Source of the DNA: a virus
Strand: one strand, 5' to 3'
Length of the DNA: 64,000 nt
IMG/VR virus record: IMGVR_UViG_3300021376_000010
The notes below the pieces were generated by a model. It saw only the letters and a program-made list of their open reading frames with translations, searched no databases and was not told the origin of the DNA. Shown piece after piece: positions 53,483-62,664 of this stretch. The first letter of the stretch is position 1. Every line of letters starts with the position of its first letter. The position numbers were made by a program, and so were the translations under genes.

Positions 53483-55867
53483 TTAAACAGTTCCGACTAC
53501 TTCGGAGAAGCTGACGCCAGTGCGGGTGGCAACAAATGTCAGACCAATAAAATTAATTGATCTTGCAGGCTTTACAAAGATGTCTGCTTTGAATTGATTT
53601 GAATCAATTACGTCTGGAGTATTATTTGATTCATCACAAACAACAATAAATTCAGAAACTCCTCTCTTTGCTCTTACATCACGAAGATATGGTTCAACGA
53701 TGTTTATAAAGTTTGATCTTGTAATAATATCGTTAAATTCAAATAGTTGCGCTCTTGCTGCTCTTTCAATTGATTTTTCTAGAGTTAGGAATAAACGACG
53801 AACATTAATTCTATCGAATGCTGATGGATAACCAAGGGCAGTTTTATCACCAAATAAGATAATTCCAGCACCAGGAGAAGCAATCACTGGATTAATTCTC
53901 TTAGAATAAAGAAGATCTCTTTGTGTTTGTGAAGGATTATATGCAAGTTTAATTGCATTGTTAATTGCTCCTCTTGCAGAACCTGCTGGGGAGAACCAAG
54001 AATAATGTTCATTTGATGTTCTTGCCATCAATCCAGCAATATCTGCATTTGTTGGTAGGTATAAGAACTTATTATTGAATCTATCTAATGTATATTTAAA
54101 TCCAGTATCAAAAACAGCGTATGAACTAGATGCCAAAGGTTCAAAGAATTCAATAATTTTATTTGTCTGTGTAGTTGCATTTGGTTGATTGACTACATCA
54201 TCTTTATGAGGAGAAATACATGCAATACAATCTTTTCTTTCCTCGGCAATTGCAATCAACGCACTTGCTTTTGCTTGGGATTCATAAATTGTTGCTCCAC
54301 CAGAAGGACCTTGAATTAGGAAATCCAAAGTATATTCTGCAGGATTTTCAAACTTTTTGTATGCAGAAACAATATTCGAAAGAGTTGCTGTCATTCCACC
54401 AGAATTGGAATAATCGGAACCAGCACTTAGTGTGTATGATTTATTTCCCTGAACACTAAATTTAATTGATTGTGCGGCAGAACCCCAAGAACCAGTTTCG
54501 AGAGTATATGCTTTAACATTAGATGGATTTGGAATTAAACTACTTGAAACAGTAACTCTTGCTACACCTGCATATAGATTGGATGAGTTTCTTGAAATAT
54601 AATCTTTATAATAAATTGCCTGAGATGGGCTAATTTTTGCATCATATGCTTTTGATAAGAATATATACTTTTCAATAATATTTGCTGCACTACCAGTAAC
54701 TTTTCCACTATCATCTACAACTACAATATGAACTTGGTCATTCTTTGAACTTCTTTCCAATGCATATTGTGATGATGATGGTTTTGGTGCAATATTTTTC
54801 CAGTAGACAGTAGCATTAGAAAGTCCAAGAGTTTGTTGGTCATACCAATCCTTTGTTGCTAATCCACCAAGGAATGACGATGTAGTAATTCCAGCACTAG
54901 TTACAACATTAATAGTTTCAAGTCCACTGAATGAATATGTATTTGTTCCATCTCCTGGATTTTTGTAATCAATTGCTTCGGAAGAACCTGCAAGATTTAC
55001 TCTATCAATAATTTTAACACCGATTTGTTCTCTTCCTACTTCAGTAATAATACCTCTGATGAAACCTTCAAAGCTAGTAACAACTCCACCACTAGCGTAT
55101 TGGGCAGAAACTCTTTGAGTTACCGCAAGTCCTACTGCTACTGTTGTTGGTACAACTACAGTACTTTCCTGAGTAAATGTAAATGATGCTCCAGTCTGAA
55201 CACTACCATTTGTTGAGTTTGTGTTCAAAGTAATAGCACTGGTTCCAATTGAAAGAATATCAGTACCCGTTTGGAAGAAATTACTTACAATAGTATCACC
55301 AACAGTTAATGATGATGTGTTGATTCCAGTAACTGAATTGGTAGTGATTCCCAAATTACCAGTTTTTGTACCAATTGTTGTAACTACTGTAGTGCTAGTA
55401 GCAGTAGTTCCAATTCCAGTAATGATTTGGTCTGCTAAATTGTCGATAGTGCAAACTTTTAATCCATTTGCCCAAGTCCCTGGTGTTTTTGCTGCGTATT
55501 CCCAGGTAGAATCATTTATATGATTATTTGAGTAATCTTCAGATGATTCTATTTTTAGGGTTGGTAGTGAATCTGAGTTTGCATTGTACAGAGTTGGTCC
55601 ATCTGCTCTAACAACTCTCAGTACTCCACCATAAGATAAAAAGGAGGATGCAGAAAGCCAATACTCATTCTGAGCATCTTTTTCTAATGGTTTTCCGAAC
55701 TCTGCCAAAAAATCTGCTTCTGTTTCTATTAAAACAGGAACTCCAATAGGTCCTTTTTCGAATGGACCTGCAAAAGCACCAACTTGATCAGTTACTGCAT
55801 CAATTCTACCAATAGTTAGGTCAACTTCTCTTATTTTTACCCCAGGTGATACTAAATTTAACGCCAT
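53483..55867 (-). CDS. g18: tail sheath protein gp18
   Basis: SPGV..REVDLT, WFSPAG..RG, FDRINVRRLF, KPARSINFI. Confidence 0.97.
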   Translation of the reverse strand: MALNLVSPGVKIREVDLTIGRIDAVTDQVGAFAGPFEKGPIGVPVLIETEADFLAEFGKPLEKDAQNEYWLSASSFLSYGGVLRVVRADGPTLYNANSDSLPTLKIESSEDYSNNHINDSTWEYAAKTPGTWANGLKVCTIDNLADQIITGIGTTATSTTVVTTIGTKTGNLGITTNSVTGINTSSLTVGDTIVSNFFQTGTDILSIGTSAITLNTNSTNGSVQTGASFTFTQESTVVVPTTVAVGLAVTQRVSAQYASGGVVTSFEGFIRGIITEVGREQIGVKIIDRVNLAGSSEAIDYKNPGDGTNTYSFSGLETINVVTSAGITTSSFLGGLATKDWYDQQTLGLSNATVYWKNIAPKPSSSQYALERSSKNDQVHIVVVDDSGKVTGSAANIIEKYIFLSKAYDAKISPSQAIYYKDYISRNSSNLYAGVARVTVSSSLIPNPSNVKAYTLETGSWGSAAQSIKFSVQGNKSYTLSAGSDYSNSGGMTATLSNIVSAYKKFENPAEYTLDFLIQGPSGGATIYESQAKASALIAIAEERKDCIACISPHKDDVVNQPNATTQTNKIIEFFEPLASSSYAVFDTGFKYTLDRFNNKFLYLPTNADIAGLMARTSNEHYSWFSPAGSARGAINNAIKLAYNPSQTQRDLLYSKRINPVIASPGAGIILFGDKTALGYPSAFDRINVRRLFLTLEKSIERAARAQLFEFNDIITRSNFINIVEPYLRDVRAKRGVSEFIVVCDESNNTPDVIDSNQFKADIFVKPARSINFIGLTFVATRTGVSFSEVVGTV

Positions 55868-55952
55868 TTGTTTCCCCTCTTGAAGAAGTTCATTTAGTCT
55901 AAAAGTATTTATAATTTAGACCCTTTATAATGGGGAAATCAATAGTGAACAA

Positions 55953-56186
55953 TTACCAGTCAGGATACTCCCAATTACTTGCCTTTTTGGGATTTATTTT
56001 CCTACTTTCTTTAATTCTTTTTATCGTACATGACTTACATTCATATGAATATGCAGAATGGATATTCCCTCTTCCTTTTCTAGTTAAATAAAACCCATCT
56101 ACTAAATCTTTTATTTCCCCACACACTCTACATTTTCTTTCAGTGAGGAATACACAGTCTAATTCAAACTGTTCTTCTAAATTCAT
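55953..56186 (-). CDS. small Zn-finger protein (resembles the Zn domain of HNH-type nucleases)
   Basis: CRVC...YECKSC. Confidence 0.65.
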   Translation of the reverse strand: MNLEEQFELDCVFLTERKCRVCGEIKDLVDGFYLTRKGRGNIHSAYSYECKSCTIKRIKESRKINPKKASNWEYPDW

Positions 56187-57838
56187 TATCTATAGTCCCA
56201 CATATAAGACCTATCACCATATTCATCTGTATACCATCTATCACCATTGTTATCTACAAAGGTCGTTTCCATTTCTGACAACCCATCAGAAATAAAACCA
56301 AAAGGTGACATGTCTTGCTCTATCTGATTTTTTTGTTCATCATAAATTCTTTTGCGGATATCATTATCCGTCATTTCCTTAAAGTATGGTTGAACAATCA
56401 ACCAAGATAATATAACCAGACACATCGCAAGGTCATCATTACAACCATCTTCTGCTTCAAATGACTGACTTTTTTGAATGAAAGTGGTTAACTCACTGAT
56501 TACATCATAGTCTTTGATAATTAATTTATCATCTTCTATGATTGTTTTTAGGTTTGAGCATCCAACCTTTTTAACATTTTTGGACATCTTTACACCAAGT
56601 TGAGATTTCTTTCCTGAGAAACCTTGTCCAACTAATTGTCCTGCACGACCTCTCATCGCACACATCAAAAGATTACTATACTCTAAATCAAAATGAAGCA
56701 TATTTGATACTTGCTCACCAATATCATTTACTTCCACAAGAATATATGAGTAATTATATGCTCTTCCAACTTTATCAATAATTGATGGAAAGAGTATTGG
56801 TTTTATATCATTATCTCTATATTTTGCTACTAACTTATATGGAAAAGTTGTTATGTCAACAACAACAAATGCAGAATAATCTTTACCAGTTCCTCTAGCA
56901 ACATCAACTGTCATCATATAGTTGTGGTCTTTTATTGGCTCCTCATAAACATCAAGACCTTTATTTGATGTCAGTGGGTCTTCATAAACCATTGAACGAA
57001 GTTTTGATGGTGCAATCAGAGTATCAACTGAACCTAAAAATTCACATTCAAACTCCTGGGTAAACTGTCGTTCAGAAGTATTTCGTATCGTCTCTTCTTT
57101 CCACGCAGCATCTCTTCCTGGAACTGCACTCCAATGAACTTCAAGTGGAATATATCCATTTCTACCCCTCTCGGCATCATGCCAGAGTTTATAGAACATA
57201 TTCATCCCATTTGGAGTTGAGATGATAATAACTTTTGTTGTCTTACCAGAAGAAATAGTTGGATACACAGAACTAAAGAATTGTTCTGCAATGTGATTTG
57301 GGATGAACGCAAATTCATCCAGGAAGATGATATTAAAGGAGTTTCCTCGGACTGCAGATGATGATGTAGATGCTGCTACAATTTTACTACCGTTCTCAAG
57401 TTCAAGAGAACCTTTGTTCCAAGAACCAACACCTTGCTGCAACCATTTGGGTAAGTTTTCATAAGAAAGTTGCAATCTCTGAAGAAGGTCTCTAGCAGTC
57501 TCTGCTTTGTTTGCTAGGATTGCAATTCTTATGTTATCATTAAACAAAGCATAATGAAGAAGATACGAAACTACAGTAGTAGATTTTCCTGTCTGTCTTG
57601 GTAGTTTCGCAATATTAAATCGGTTATTATGAAAGTTTGAAATTAATTCTTTTTGGAAATCATACATTTCAAAGGGAATCAAACCTTCATCAAGTGAAAC
57701 AATCTTGACGTAGTTCATTGCAAAGTAAACTGGGTCGTCTTTGCACCTTAAGTATTCTTGAATTTGGTCTGTTGTAAATTCAATTTGGACATTCTCTGCC
57801 TTAAGATTTGGATTGCCCTTATAATGTTTATCCGTCAT
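56186..57838 (-). CDS. g17: terminase large subunit gp17
   Basis: PRQTGKST, LDEFAF, STPNG, VDVARG, DDLAM. Confidence 0.97.
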   Translation of the reverse strand: MTDKHYKGNPNLKAENVQIEFTTDQIQEYLRCKDDPVYFAMNYVKIVSLDEGLIPFEMYDFQKELISNFHNNRFNIAKLPRQTGKSTTVVSYLLHYALFNDNIRIAILANKAETARDLLQRLQLSYENLPKWLQQGVGSWNKGSLELENGSKIVAASTSSSAVRGNSFNIIFLDEFAFIPNHIAEQFFSSVYPTISSGKTTKVIIISTPNGMNMFYKLWHDAERGRNGYIPLEVHWSAVPGRDAAWKEETIRNTSERQFTQEFECEFLGSVDTLIAPSKLRSMVYEDPLTSNKGLDVYEEPIKDHNYMMTVDVARGTGKDYSAFVVVDITTFPYKLVAKYRDNDIKPILFPSIIDKVGRAYNYSYILVEVNDIGEQVSNMLHFDLEYSNLLMCAMRGRAGQLVGQGFSGKKSQLGVKMSKNVKKVGCSNLKTIIEDDKLIIKDYDVISELTTFIQKSQSFEAEDGCNDDLAMCLVILSWLIVQPYFKEMTDNDIRKRIYDEQKNQIEQDMSPFGFISDGLSEMETTFVDNNGDRWYTDEYGDRSYMWDYR

Positions 57839-58014
57839 AAACTATTAAAATTTAAACCTGCTAATGTTTCTTGGTATTTTAGGTGAAGTTTTACGTATGA
57901 TTTTGCAATATTTTTAACTTGGTCAATATTCTCACAAGAATCAATTTCTCTTGCAATTCTTTCATATTCAAAGTTTTTGGTTAAATTCTCAAGAACTATT
58001 TCACTTGGGTCCAT
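57835..58014 (-). CDS. NblA-like two-helix protein, 59 aa (not in ORF track)
   Basis: MDPSEIVLENLTKNFEYERIAREIDSCENIDQVKNIAKSYVKLHLKYQETLAGLNFNSL; GGAG SD; ATGA-coupled to g17. Confidence 0.5.
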   Translation of the reverse strand: MDPSEIVLENLTKNFEYERIAREIDSCENIDQVKNIAKSYVKLHLKYQETLAGLNFNSL

Positions 58015-58870
58015 TTAAATCTCCAGTAAATAAGAGTGGTTTTGTTGGGTCTTTTGTAGACGGATTGAAGGATAATACAATAGCACTTGGGTATATTTTA
58101 CTTACTTCATATGATACTTGCTCTTTTGATGGTCTTGTAAATTGTGGGAAGAACATTTGAACTCCCATATACTTACCTCTCCAGTTTAGCATTATACTGT
58201 AAGTCGTGCCACGAGATTGTATCCTCGTATAGTTTTCTTTTACTGTATTTGATTTGATGGGCTCTGGTTTAATCAAATCAATAAACTCATATTCAGTTGC
58301 TTTGAATTCTTCTCTCCAGTTAGAATAATCATAACTTTCTTTCTTAGTCTTATTTCCCCAATTCTTTGCACCAACTTTACGGCATTTAACTAAAGCACCA
58401 GATGCATAAGCACTAGGCCACACACTATAACGAGATTTTACTTTATAATAGCAGGCATCCTTCTTCTCAACAATAGTCTCTTCTGTCGCAACATTAGTTG
58501 GTTTTGCTGCACCAGACTTTTCTGGTTGATTGGGGTCTTTTCTATTTTTTCTTCTAAATGCTTTATCCTCTTCTTCATCTGATAAATTTGCTGCCATCTT
58601 TGAACTTCCACATTTTGGAGTAGAAGTTTGCCCTGGTTGACGAGCACAAGGAGCACCTGCGTATTTGCCTCCAAGTTGTCTCCAACCTGGAACTTTTCTT
58701 CCTGTTTTAGGGTGAGTTGCACTTGATTTTCTAAACCAATCCCCAAGAGATTCATCTCCAGATGCTGTCTCTTCTTTTATCTTTTCTGCAATTTCCTCTG
58801 GTGACACATACTTTTTAATATGTCCCTTTGGGTCGTTTGCTTCTAAAAGAAATTGTGAAAAAGTTTTCAT
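58001..58870 (-). CDS. modular protein with capsid-targeting-like N-terminus
   Basis: MKTFSQFLLEA; KDACYYKVKSRY..WPSAYASG; YSNWREEF. Confidence 0.7.
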   Translation of the reverse strand: MKTFSQFLLEANDPKGHIKKYVSPEEIAEKIKEETASGDESLGDWFRKSSATHPKTGRKVPGWRQLGGKYAGAPCARQPGQTSTPKCGSSKMAANLSDEEEDKAFRRKNRKDPNQPEKSGAAKPTNVATEETIVEKKDACYYKVKSRYSVWPSAYASGALVKCRKVGAKNWGNKTKKESYDYSNWREEFKATEYEFIDLIKPEPIKSNTVKENYTRIQSRGTTYSIMLNWRGKYMGVQMFFPQFTRPSKEQVSYEVSKIYPSAIVLSFNPSTKDPTKPLLFTGDLNGPK

Positions 58871-58891
58871 CGGAAGAAATAAGTTCTCTAA

Positions 58892-59332
58892 TTATTTAGA
58901 ATCTTCTGCTGGTGCAAGATTTTGCTTAAGAAGTTTTTGAAGTTCTGCAGTAGATCCAACAAATAAAGTATTGTTGTTCGTTACATTTCTTGGTGCTGAT
59001 GGGTCCTCTTCTTTTAATTTTTTCATTTTCTGTTGAAGGTCCAATAATTTATCTGTAGTGTCTGCAACATTTTTAATCAATTGACCAGCAACTTCAAATG
59101 CTCTCGGAGAATCGGATTGCTGTGCTATTTCTAATATACCATCAATTGCTTCTTGTCCTTTTTCAATTAAACTATAAAGTTGCCCTCTAGTATAATCATA
59201 ATCATACTCACTTTCATCATCTCCCTTTTTTGGTGACTTAACTATTCTTGAAGAGTCAGAAACTATTTCTTTAGATACTGATGAAACTTCTATATCCAAT
59301 GACTCATTTATTGCATCAAAATCATTTTTCAT
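58892..59332 (-). CDS. g16: terminase small subunit gp16
   Basis: DYDYTR..LY.LIEKG, PRAFEV, FVGSTAEL. Confidence 0.92.
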   Translation of the reverse strand: MKNDFDAINESLDIEVSSVSKEIVSDSSRIVKSPKKGDDESEYDYDYTRGQLYSLIEKGQEAIDGILEIAQQSDSPRAFEVAGQLIKNVADTTDKLLDLQQKMKKLKEEDPSAPRNVTNNNTLFVGSTAELQKLLKQNLAPAEDSK

Positions 59333-60375
59333 ACGTCAGTACCTTTTCTTGAACTATAAATTCTTCCATCTCCAAAATCAAAACGATTTTCGTCAAATCC
59401 AAATTCATCACCATAAGATATAAGTTCTTTGTCTGCAGCATTTATTACATTAATTGCATCACCTTCCTCATGAATGCCAGGTATACTTTTGTCTCTTCCT
59501 CTGAGAACATCTATAGTGTTTCCTGTGATTTTTTCAATGAACATTTCTTCTTCATTTATCATAATATAAGTATCAACAACTAATGAGGTTGAATTTGAAA
59601 CAAGAATTTGACTATCATCTCTATCTACATTTCTAGTCAATACTGTAGTTGCATCTTTATTATAATCTTTGATTGGTCTTGGTTCTGCTGTATATCTTAA
59701 TTGTCTTGTTGCATTAACTCTATCTGTATCTGAATAATAATCGACTTGTACTTTTTTGATTAGTGGTGATTTTGTATCCGCAATTGCACCAAATATTGCA
59801 GTCTTTGCGGTAAAATTTAAAGTATATACTAAACTTCTTCTTGTTGAATAGTCACCTTCATAATCATCTGACATTGCTATACTTTCTAAAATTATTGGAA
59901 TGTCTCTTTTCTCCCCAATTGAATTTACTAAATCAACAGTAACATTCAGTTGTGGTTGAAAATATGGTAGAATTTGTTCAATAATTTGAAGCATATCATC
60001 TTGATACTTAGTTATAATGCTAAGTTGTATGCCTATATTGTAAGGTGCTGGCATATATACCTGAATAGGACCAGTTCCAGTTTTGTTTGCTTGAAATGTT
60101 TGTATTGTTGATACTTTTCTTGATGGGTCATATTGAATGCCAGTCATTTCAAATGACATTCTTGGTAAAGTTATAGCAACTCTATTTCTTGGATCTGGTT
60201 TTTCATCAAGTCTTGATAGAAATTTTTGAATTGGTCCATACGCAATAGGAACTTTGATAAGACTGATAGCATTGTCTGCTCCATCCTGATGCCTTATTTG
60301 GATATTATTGAATAATGTCCCAAATGCAATAATTGTTCTCTTTATTATTTCGTGATATGCGTATTTTCCAAACAT
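59329..60375 (-). CDS. g15: tail sheath stabilizer/completion protein gp15
   Basis: FGTLFN, VPIAYGP..KF, LPRMSFE, EQILPYFQP. Confidence 0.94.
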   Translation of the reverse strand: MFGKYAYHEIIKRTIIAFGTLFNNIQIRHQDGADNAISLIKVPIAYGPIQKFLSRLDEKPDPRNRVAITLPRMSFEMTGIQYDPSRKVSTIQTFQANKTGTGPIQVYMPAPYNIGIQLSIITKYQDDMLQIIEQILPYFQPQLNVTVDLVNSIGEKRDIPIILESIAMSDDYEGDYSTRRSLVYTLNFTAKTAIFGAIADTKSPLIKKVQVDYYSDTDRVNATRQLRYTAEPRPIKDYNKDATTVLTRNVDRDDSQILVSNSTSLVVDTYIMINEEEMFIEKITGNTIDVLRGRDKSIPGIHEEGDAINVINAADKELISYGDEFGFDENRFDFGDGRIYSSRKGTDV

Positions 60376-60399
60376 TTCATTAGTACAGATATAATATAT

Positions 60400-61824
60400 T
60401 TAGAATTCCCCAAATGGATTTTTCTCAGAGAAATCAATGATATTATCTGCTTTTTCCTCAATGGTATGATTTTCGGCAAAAGCATCATATATGTTATCTG
60501 TCGTTATTGATAAAATTTTATAACTTGCTCCTGCACCAACAACAGTTTCTCCCAATGCAAAGTTTCCATTTACAATAGAAACTTTAAGAATTCTTGTGTC
60601 ATAATTCCAACTCTTGACATATGCACTAGTTCCAGTTGAAACTCCTCTGATAACTTCATTGAATTCATAATCTCCTGTTGAAATTCCGACTGGGGAATCT
60701 ATTTGTATCGTTGGTGGATTTGCTTGAGATAAGTGATAGTTTGAACCAGCATTTGTAAATCTTACTGCGGTGACTATTCCAGTTGATGTCAATACTACTT
60801 CTGCTGTTGCAGAGTTTATACCAGATAATGGGAATGGTGAATTTGGATCGACTGGTCCAGAGAATCTGACTCTAGGAACAGTTGAATAACCAACACCACC
60901 AGAATTAATTACAATAGGAGCAAGAACTCCATTTGATATAATTGCTGTAGCAATACCACCACTTCCAAAAGAACTATTGCTTTTTATTGTTACTATTGGT
61001 GGAATCGTATAACCAATACCAGGGTTTGTAATAAGAATTTTACTTATAGATCCTCTATCTAAAATAGATATACCTTCTGCTCTTACTCCAAACCCACCAG
61101 GTTTTGAGAAGGTGATGGTGGGTGGTGACTTGTAACCATGACCACCATCAAAAATATCAATTCTTGCAACTGATTTCCCAGCAACTCCAGGATATCGTGC
61201 TGTGGCAAGACCTACTAATAGTGAAGCAGCAGAAGCAGCAGCACCAACCATTTGCAACGTAGCAATATAACCAAAATCTTTTACGTTCTTATCTACATCA
61301 TCTAAACCAGTATCAATAATTTCATCTTCGTATTCAAAGAGTTCACAACGTAACTCATAAACATAAAGATTATTTAATTGATAAAATGGGGTTTTTGCTT
61401 CAACATACTTTATCTCAAATAAAGCATTGTCTAAAGGTAAGTAAATCAAATCTCCTTCTTGTGGTCTCTTAGCAGTCTTGATTATTTCCTTACTAAACAA
61501 ACTCAGTTTTGGTGTAATAAAATCTTCGTATCTTTCTTTTGATATTATAAAAGTTATTTGGTCGGTGCTTCTTACTCCAAACTTACTTAAAATATCTGCA
61601 TTTCCCCCAAAACCATCAAAGGTTGATATATATGCTTCTAGTCTAAAACTGTCATCAAACTTTGATACAATTACTTCTTTAATTATTTTTTTCTCATTAA
61701 TAATTTTTCTGGGCATGTAAACAACATCCTGCCCATAAATTGACAACTGTTCATTAATTAAATCTTGAACTAATCTTTGTTCACTTGGTGAACCTTGTAA
61801 AAAATAGGGATTTAATGGGGTCAT
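60400..61824 (-). CDS. g14: neck protein gp14 (with internal Gly-rich repeats)
   Basis: LNPYF, RPQEGDLIY, FYQL, DFSEKNPFG. Confidence 0.92.
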   Translation of the reverse strand: MTPLNPYFLQGSPSEQRLVQDLINEQLSIYGQDVVYMPRKIINEKKIIKEVIVSKFDDSFRLEAYISTFDGFGGNADILSKFGVRSTDQITFIISKERYEDFITPKLSLFSKEIIKTAKRPQEGDLIYLPLDNALFEIKYVEAKTPFYQLNNLYVYELRCELFEYEDEIIDTGLDDVDKNVKDFGYIATLQMVGAAASAASLLVGLATARYPGVAGKSVARIDIFDGGHGYKSPPTITFSKPGGFGVRAEGISILDRGSISKILITNPGIGYTIPPIVTIKSNSSFGSGGIATAIISNGVLAPIVINSGGVGYSTVPRVRFSGPVDPNSPFPLSGINSATAEVVLTSTGIVTAVRFTNAGSNYHLSQANPPTIQIDSPVGISTGDYEFNEVIRGVSTGTSAYVKSWNYDTRILKVSIVNGNFALGETVVGAGASYKILSITTDNIYDAFAENHTIEEKADNIIDFSEKNPFGEF

Positions 61825-62636
61825 TATCCAATCATATCCATTGGTGGAAGTTCATATTCTGTCTTAAGTGCTCTTTCTATTTCTTCAATTTCTCTAAGGG
61901 CATCTTCATATAGTTGTCTTCCGTTTAACGAAATTCCACCTGGAAGTTGTACTCCATTAAACTTAATCATGTTTTGCCCCCATTGTCTTTTAATGAGTGC
62001 AGTTAAATACCTTTTTAACCAAAAATCATTATATATTTTTGGAAAATTATTTGGATTTACAATTCTATAGCAATCCAAGACTATATATTGATCTGAAACT
62101 TGCTGCCAATCAATATCCAAATACAACCTATGTTGTTTTTTGTTGAATCTTAATTGAACATCTGGAGTTAGAATTCTGCTAATATCTTCTAGATGTGTTT
62201 TTACCATAGCATAATTTAACAAATCCAAAGCACCATAGTAATACAAATCATTCAAAAATATTTGATATTTGATATTAAATAATCCACTAGATATTGTACT
62301 TGAATCAACTTTGAATACATTATTCACTCCAATTATTGTATCTGGAAGTGCAAGAAAATTAGTAGTTTCTTCAAAGTTTACTACTGTTACTCCAATCCCT
62401 GCGGTCCCTGTAGTAGTTTGTATTCCAGATCTAATGACATTTCTTTCTGATGATGAAAGTTTATGTTTTAGATAAACTCTTTCTATTCCATCAAAATGCC
62501 TTTCATGAAAATATTGCAAGGCATCATCGACCAAATCACCGATTTGGTCATCATCAACATTTATCTCTAAAACTGGTTTCCCAAGTTTTCTGAGACAATA
62601 TTCTATTAAACCTTGACGAGAATTTGGTGATGCCAT
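61824..62636 (-). CDS. g13: neck protein gp13
   Basis: YCLRKLG.PV.EINV, KRQWGQN..KF, LPGG..LNG. Confidence 0.94.
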   Translation of the reverse strand: MASPNSRQGLIEYCLRKLGKPVLEINVDDDQIGDLVDDALQYFHERHFDGIERVYLKHKLSSSERNVIRSGIQTTTGTAGIGVTVVNFEETTNFLALPDTIIGVNNVFKVDSSTISSGLFNIKYQIFLNDLYYYGALDLLNYAMVKTHLEDISRILTPDVQLRFNKKQHRLYLDIDWQQVSDQYIVLDCYRIVNPNNFPKIYNDFWLKRYLTALIKRQWGQNMIKFNGVQLPGGISLNGRQLYEDALREIEEIERALKTEYELPPMDMIG

Positions 62637-62664
62637 TGCAATATATACACCCTATAGAAGGTAT

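Noticed and set aside
19115-57838. Introns or inteins in nrdA, nrdB, g43, g41, g17, g20, g23
   Set aside because: All are continuous and of ordinary length; no intein or intron signatures seen
60700-61260. Gly-rich repeat insertion in gp14
   Set aside because: GxGY-type repeats are common in cyanophage structural proteins; not novel
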